Below are positions 58,241 through 64,000 of a stretch of 64,000 bases of DNA, piece after piece. The position numbers and the translations under genes are program-made. The notes beneath the pieces were generated by a model that did no database searches, was not told where the DNA came from, and worked only from the letters and a program-made list of their open reading frames with translations. The DNA comes from Mobula hypostoma (Eukaryota): contig NC_086120.1 of NCBI RefSeq assembly GCF_963921235.1, positions 30,938,001 through 31,002,000 on the forward strand, written 5' to 3'. Within the stretch, counting starts at the first letter, position 1, and every line of letters starts with the position of its first letter.

Positions 58241-58463
58241 TGGTTGATTATTACATGTATGGAGATATCATTAAAAGCTTTCATTTGTGTATCATCTCGT
58301 CAGATTATGCCATACATCTGTATATTAAGGTAACAAAAACAAAAACAGAATGCAGATTATAGGCGCAAACAAAAGGAATTCTGCAGATGCTGGAAATTCA
58401 AGCAACACACATAAAAGTTGCTGGTGAACGCAGCAGGCCAGGCAGCATCTCTAGGAAGAGGTG

Positions 58464-58501
58464 CAGTTTACATTTCAGGCCGAGACCCTTCGTCAGGACT
58501 A
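58464..58501 (-). ncRNA. Hammerhead motif (long arm), variant
   Basis: Reverse complement TAGTC CTGACGA AGGGTCTCGGCCT GAAAT GTA AACTG. Confidence 0.55.
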
Positions 58502-58785
58502 ACTGAAGGAAGAGTGAGTAAGGGATTTGAAAGTTGGAGGGGGAGGGATGGAGCCAAGAGCTGGACAGGTGATAGGCAAAAGGGATACGAGAGGATCATG
58601 GGACAGGAGGTCCGGGAAGAAAGACAAGGGAGGGGGGGACCCAGAGGATGGGCAAGGGGTATATTCAGAGGGACAGAGGGAGAAAAAGGAGAGTGAGAGA
58701 AAGAATGTGTGTATAAAAATAAGTAACAGATGGGGTACGAGGGGGAGGTGGGGCATTAGCCGAAGTTACTTACTCTTCCTTCAGT

Positions 58786-58823
58786 TAGTCCTGACGAAGG
58801 GTCTCGGCCTGAAACGTCAACTG
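58786..58823 (+). ncRNA. Hammerhead motif (short arm)
   Basis: TAGTC CTGACGA AGGGTCTCGGCCT GAAAC GTC AACTG. Core intact, first stem I pair mismatched. Confidence 0.65.
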
Positions 58824-60054
58824 CACCTCTTCCTAGAGATGCTGCCTGGCCTGCTGTGTTCACCAGCAACTTTGATGTGTGTTGCAGATTATAGGGTTGC
58901 AGCTACTGAGAAAATGCAGTCCAAGTAATGCAATAAAATACAAGGGGCTCGATGAGCCTGCAGAGAGCAGTGGGATGTCCCAAGGTTAGAATAAACCACC
59001 ATACAAACAAATTTCATCAGTGAAGCTTGGCAGGGAGAAAACGAAGAGGAAACTTACTAATTGAGAACCCATTGCTTGCCTTCATCTTCCTGGCATCTGC
59101 AAGCATTTTGTAAATTCAATTAAATTTTCAAAAAACAAATGTGACCCACTAAAGAACAAATTGTATTCAGTTGCTGTTTATTAACAAGTTAATATGCTCA
59201 TTGTGGAGTCTGCCTCTGCCAACCACTTGGATCTTCATCTGTTCTGATGAAAGGTCCCCGGCATGAAGGATTAGCTACAGTATTTCTCTTTCCGCTGGCA
59301 CTGCCTGACTCGCTGATTGCTTCCAGCATTTTCTGTTTCATTTCGACTTCTAGCATCTGTTGTTTTTTGTGCCTCTGGAGACTGAGCTCCAAATCATCTT
59401 AAGTCATGGACTCATAGAGCACAACAGCAGCCCTTCAGCCCACTTCGTGCATGCTAGCCTCTTTTGCCCATCTAAAAGTTCAAAGTAAATAATGATCAAA
59501 ATACATAAACTTACTAGCAGGCATTCACATTAGAACAAGCAAGTACAACAGAATGAATGAAAAGTTGCACACAAACAAGGCCGACAAAAAAAATGTGCAA
59601 AAGATAAACCGCGCTGTACAGAAAAGATCCAATAAGTAAATACTGAGAACACGACCTGTAGAGACATTGAAAGTGAAAGATCTACACCAATCATGTAGAC
59701 TGTACACTCAATGCCTGCAAAACAAAGATTCTATGTCCATCAACCACAAGTTCCTGCAGAATGGAGACCACTGTCCATGTATCAGGAGTCACCTCTCAAC
59801 AAGGACCAACAATGATAAGATTCACCAACACTTTTAGTGTGTTAGATGGGAATCAGAGTCAGGCTTGTTATCATGACATGCCAAGATTTTTTTTTTGATT
59901 TTTGGCAGCAGCAAAGTGCAATAATAAAAATTACTATAAATTACATTAAGAAATATAAAAAATAAGCAAGTACAAAGTATGAGGTAGTGTTCATGTGTAC
60001 GTGGCCAGTTCCGAAATCTGATGGCTGAGGGGAAGAAGCTGCTTCTGAAACGGT

Positions 60055-60317
60055 GAGCGTGTGTTTGAAAATCAAGACTTCAAACCTGACGAAAGCTTAT
60101 GGTCTACTCAGCTACAGTACTCCCCACTCTCCTTTATGCTCCCAAGTATGGACTACATATATAAAGACATACCTCCACAGTGAGCTCAATAAAATCCCCC
60201 AGATCCACAGGAAGGATGATAAAAAAAACATCAGCACCCTCACTCAGGCTTACAATAGGCACTGAGGACCGAACAATACTCGGCTGATTCAAATGGACAA
60301 GGCTTGTTGTTTGAGCA
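60055..60317 (+). mobile_element. Degraded RTE/BovB-clade ORF fragment
   Basis: With frameshifts it reads ERVFENQDFKP..KLMVYSATVLPTLLYA..VWTTY, matching the RTE TK..VY...VLP.LLY..E.W motif. Confidence 0.7.
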
Positions 60318-60878
60318 CATAAGACCATAAGACATAGGAGCAGAATTAGGCCAGTTGGCCCATTGAGTCTGCTCTGTCATTTCATCTAGGCTGATTTAAT
60401 ATTCCTCTCAACCCAGGTCTCCCGCCTTCCCACTGTAACCCTCAGCACCCTTACTAATCAAGACCCTATCAATCTCCACCTTAAATATACCCAATGATTT
60501 GGCCTCCACAGTCATCAGTATCAATGAATTCCACAGATTCACCACCCTTTTGCTAAGGAAATTCCTCCTCATCCCTGTTCTAATGTGATGTTCTTGTATT
60601 CTGAGGCTGTGCCCTCTAGTCCTAGGTGCCTCCATTAATGGAAATATCCCCTGTCCATTCTCAATGTCCACAAGGTCTTTCAATATTCACTAGTCCTGCC
60701 AAGGGGTTTTGGCCCGAAACATTGGCTGTATTCTTTTCCTAGATGCTGGCCTGGCCTGCTGAGTTCCTCCAGTACTTTGAGTGTGTTGCTTGGATTTCCA
60801 GCATCTGCAGATTTCCTCTTGTTTGTCTTTCAATATTCAATAGGTTCCAATGAGAATACCCCCTGATTCTGCTAAGCT
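60318..60878 (-). mobile_element. CR1 3' fragment with nested PLE insert
   Basis: ORF 60408..60683 RTRGHSLRI...MRRNFLSKRVVNLWNSL. Tail cataagaccataagacatagg. Confidence 0.85.
60690..60824 (+). mobile_element. 135-bp PLE pLTR insertion starting at hammerhead stem I
   Basis: 15-bp TSD gtctttcaatattca (60675-60689, 60825-60839). Starts ctagtcctgccaaggggttttggcccgaaacattggctg. Confidence 0.88.
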
Positions 60879-60905
60879 CACACACACACACACACACACA
60901 CACAC
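60878..60905. repeat. (CA)n microsatellite
   Basis: Direct observation. Another (CA)n lies at about 53498-53519. Confidence 0.9.
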
Positions 60906-60919
60906 GATCAGTCTAGATC

Positions 60920-61425
60920 AAGCTCTGTGTAGCAGAAGATTACCAGATGACAGATCTAAGCACCAGGCCGATTTGGAAAGGCCAGGTACAGGCTGAAACA
61001 TGGCAGAGAGGTCCAGGCCCAGAGCATATTGAATCATCAGGGCCTGGGTCTGAGAGTGAGGAACAACCTGATGTTTGGACAATTTAAACACTGGGCCAGA
61101 ATGAAAAAGCAGGGTGTCGGGACCAGAGGTGGATGTCGAGTTGGTTCTCCTTGCTGCTCTGTAAATATTTGCTCAGCTCTGTGCTGGACTGAGGTTGTGG
61201 CTTTCTCTGACTGCAGAGGTGACTGGCTTCGTGTCTGTAGACTCAATTTTGTTCTAGGTGCTGTTCGCTTGCTTTTGCTGATTGAGTGATTTTTTTTCCC
61301 CTGGCACATTGGGTGCTGGACAGTCTTTTTTTAAATGGGTTCTTTGGTTTGTGGCTGCCTGTAAGGAGACAAATCTCAAGATAGTAAATATACGTACTTT
61401 GATAATAAATGGACTTTGAACTTTA
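60920..61425 (+). mobile_element. Non-autonomous element with a Rex-type 3' tail
   Basis: Ends gtaaggagacaaatctcaag...tactttgataataaatggactttgaacttt, like the Rex tails at 48000 and 50330. No ORF. Confidence 0.55.
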
Positions 61426-61544
61426 AACAAGAGAAAGACAAAAGATGTTTACAAAGCCTCCTTAAAAACCCCCTCTGACTCCTGGCCTTCTCTGGCCCAT
61501 GACTGTCCAAGTATCTGGGACAGAACAGAAAAGCTTGAGCCTTA

Positions 61545-61870
61545 GATAGAGTCATAGAACACAGACACTGGTCCATGCCAACCAAGATTCTTATCTAAGT
61601 TAGTTCCCATTTGGCCTACATCCCCCTTAACATTTCCTACCCTATAACTTTTATATGTTATTAGTCTACCTGCATCAACCATTTCCCCTGGCAGCTCTTC
61701 CCATATACAGATCACCCTCTGGGTGAAAAAGTTGCCCCTCCGATTCTTCGTAAACCTTTCCTCTGTCATTATAAACTTACGTCTCTAGCCCTTGGTTCGA
61801 CAACACTGGGAAGAAGACAGCGTATATCCACCCTATCTATACCCCTCAGGATTTTATATATCATTAACAT
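61545..61870 (-). mobile_element. CR1 3' fragment
   Basis: ORF 61542..61769 RRGNFFTQRVICIWEELP. Confidence 0.75.
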
Positions 61871-62707
61871 ATCTGAAACTCCAGTGAATAGACTCTCTTT
61901 GAGAGAATCCAATTGAAAATGGTGAAAAGAACATTTCTCAAATTTCCCACCTGCGCAATCCCGTCGTACGCCTCCTTCCCTACTAGTGGAGGATAGGTTG
62001 ATTAGCTACTCAGAGTCCCATAGCTGGGCTGGATACAAATCGTCCCTGGCCCCAGGAGACTGCTGAAGTAAAGGGTATGTGGGCTTGTATGGGAGTGGGA
62101 GGAGAGAAGTGGGTACAGGCATTATGTGCACCTACTTTGCTGAATGGAATAAACCCTGACCAAATCAGGGGAAGGAACTCAATTTAAATGTCTATGGGGA
62201 CCGGTTGATCATCAGTATTGTGCACTAAAGCTGCAACCCTGGTGTGCGGACGGTGCATCTCTCAACTCATTAGGTTACACAGCCCTGAAGACACTAGCCT
62301 CTTATTTCACACAGCTCTTTTCCATTTCAATGGCAGGAGTCAAACCCCTCAGCAAAGGCAAAGGCAGGAGACAAAAGGGTGAGAGAGGCACTTGTTCAAG
62401 GGAGGATAAAAGTCAGTGGAGAGAAAGGGGAGGGTTGAGAAGACCCTTTATTAGCTCCACATTAGCACCACTAATCTATTGCAGGTGTTTAAACCCAGGT
62501 TCCCAGGGAAAAGGGCTCCTTTATTTTTGATCCTCAGGGGACAGGAGTGGTGAATATAGATCTTTGGCTGCACACATCAGTTGATCAGGGTACAAAACAG
62601 AGGTTTATCAGTAGCAAAGGTCATCCTGCCCTGCCATAAGGGAACAAGGAGTCACAGAATGGTAAACGGAGTACGGATACACCCGTCTTCTCTGGGCAGA
62701 GCCCAGA

Positions 62708-63310
62708 TTTCAAAGTAAATTTATTATCAAAGTACATATATGTCACCATATACAACCCTGAGATTCTTTTTCTTGCGGACAATCACAGTAACTACAAGAA
62801 ACTCAATAGAAGCAGTGAAAGACCACACCCAACATGATGGTAAACAATCATTGAGAAAAAAAAACCAATAAACTGTGCATTTACAAAAATAAAGAGAAAA
62901 AATAATAATAAGTAAATAAATAAGCGATAACTATTGAGAAAATGAGATAGAGTCCTTGACAGTGAGTTCATAGGTTGTGGGAACGGTGCTGAGTGAAGTT
63001 ACCCCCCCTCTGGTTCAAGAGCCTGATGGTTGAGGAGGAGTAACTATTCCTGAAAGGGTGGTGTGATTCCTGAGGCTCCTGTACCTCCTTCCTGATTGCA
63101 GCAGAGAGAAGAGAGCATGTCCCGGGTGGTGGGGGCCCTCGATGATGGATGCTGCTTTTCTGTGACAGTGCTACATGTGGATGTGCTCATTGGTGGGGAG
63201 GACTTCACCTGTGATGGACTGGGCCGTATCCTCTACTTTTTGCAGGATTTTCCACATATGGGAACACCAAGCTGCGATGCAACCAGACAATATTCTCTCC
63301 ACCGCACATC
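62708..63310 (-). mobile_element. Rex1/Babar 3' fragment
   Basis: ttcaaagtaaatttattatcaaagtac tail (antisense). tgaggctcctgtacctccttcctga and gatgcaaccagacaatattctctcc. Confidence 0.8.
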
Positions 63311-64000
63311 ATGTCGCTAGTCTTCAAGCATCGAGCGGAGGCTTTGCACCTCTGTCCTTAAACCCTAACCTGACCCCCAAGTTGCCTGTCTGTCCCCAAA
63401 ACCATCCTTATAAACTAAAAAGAAACAACTAAGTCTGAGCTTTGATCTCTATGGAGACCATAGCTTGGTGCCATCTGAACCGATTTTCAAGTATTCTAGT
63501 TTTGAAGACTCCCAGCAGGTCTCCATGTGCCCTCTTTATTGCAGTAAAAGTTCCAAACCAGTGCCAACAGATCAAATGTCACAGCTGTGGTATAATCCTT
63601 AAAAATGGTCTCTGCCCTCAGCCCTTACTTCTATGCATTTTGTGTATTAAGGTGACCAATGCAGTGCGCATTCCCTGTCCAGACAAATCCGACATAAGTA
63701 CAGCGCACCTAGCTCTAGATTATCCTGCAGTCACACATCCAGATTGTGGATGCAGCATACTGCCCATTCAAGGCATTGCTCCTGACCTGATCTCCAAATG
63801 GCCCTGCAAGATGCTTCCTCAATTAGTGCACCAGGTGGGATGTCTTCCCTCCACTGGAGCCTCAATGGAAGAGCTACTTCCCCAAACGGGCCCGAGGAAG
63901 GCAGTTACTCCCACAGCAAGAGCCCTGTGGTTGGTAATCATTCTCTGATCTCTGAGAAAACAGCCTAATGGCCCAGGCACTCGCTCTCCCAGTTCAAGCC

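Larger units (their letters stand above)
58364..58882. mobile_element. Asymmetric inverted PLE pLTR dimer
   Basis: 13-bp TSD tgcagattatagg (58351-58363, 58883-58895). Long arm 58364-58768 (minus), short arm 58769-58882 (plus). Confidence 0.92.

Noticed and set aside
62335-62385. 42-nt candidate exon (GVKPLSKGKGRRQK or ESNPSAKAKAGDKR)
   Set aside because: Competing upstream AG, a mediocre donor (GTGAGA) and no recognisable peptide.

Overview
Eukaryotic, repeat-dominated, non-coding window (intergenic or a very large intron), most likely from a cartilaginous fish. The repeat families point to a ray or skate: CR1/HER1-type LINEs, V-SINE/HE1-type SINEs, Deu-domain SINE relics, many Rex1/Babar LINEs and Penelope-like elements (PLEs). 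This taxonomic call is an inference from family composition. I recognise no intact host protein-coding gene. Every ORF with a recognisable motif belongs to a retroelement (CR1, Rex1/Babar, L1, L2, RTE, PLE RT/GIY-YIG) or a DNA transposon relic (Tigger, Tc1, Harbinger MITE), often nested 2-3 deep with clear target-site duplications (TSDs). The most striking signal is a dispersed set of minimal type I hammerhead ribozyme (HHR) motifs, TAGTC-CTGACGA-A-GGGTCTCGGCC(C/T)-GAAAC-GTC-GACTG, carried in PLE terminal repeats (pLTRs). They occur in ORF-bearing PLE copies, in TSD-flanked inverted pLTR dimers with one HHR per strand (13617-14143, 58364-58882), and in 80-135 bp TSD-flanked insertions that begin at the 5' edge of the ribozyme core. 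HHRs in PLEs are an established phenomenon. The non-autonomous forms and their distribution here merit checking. Unique islands between repeats hold candidate enhancers (DR2, HNF4/ETS, E-box clusters), a 16-bp TACGTG minisatellite and several well-formed + strand splice signals that could belong to a lncRNA or UTR exons. Repeat boundaries without a stated TSD are approximate.
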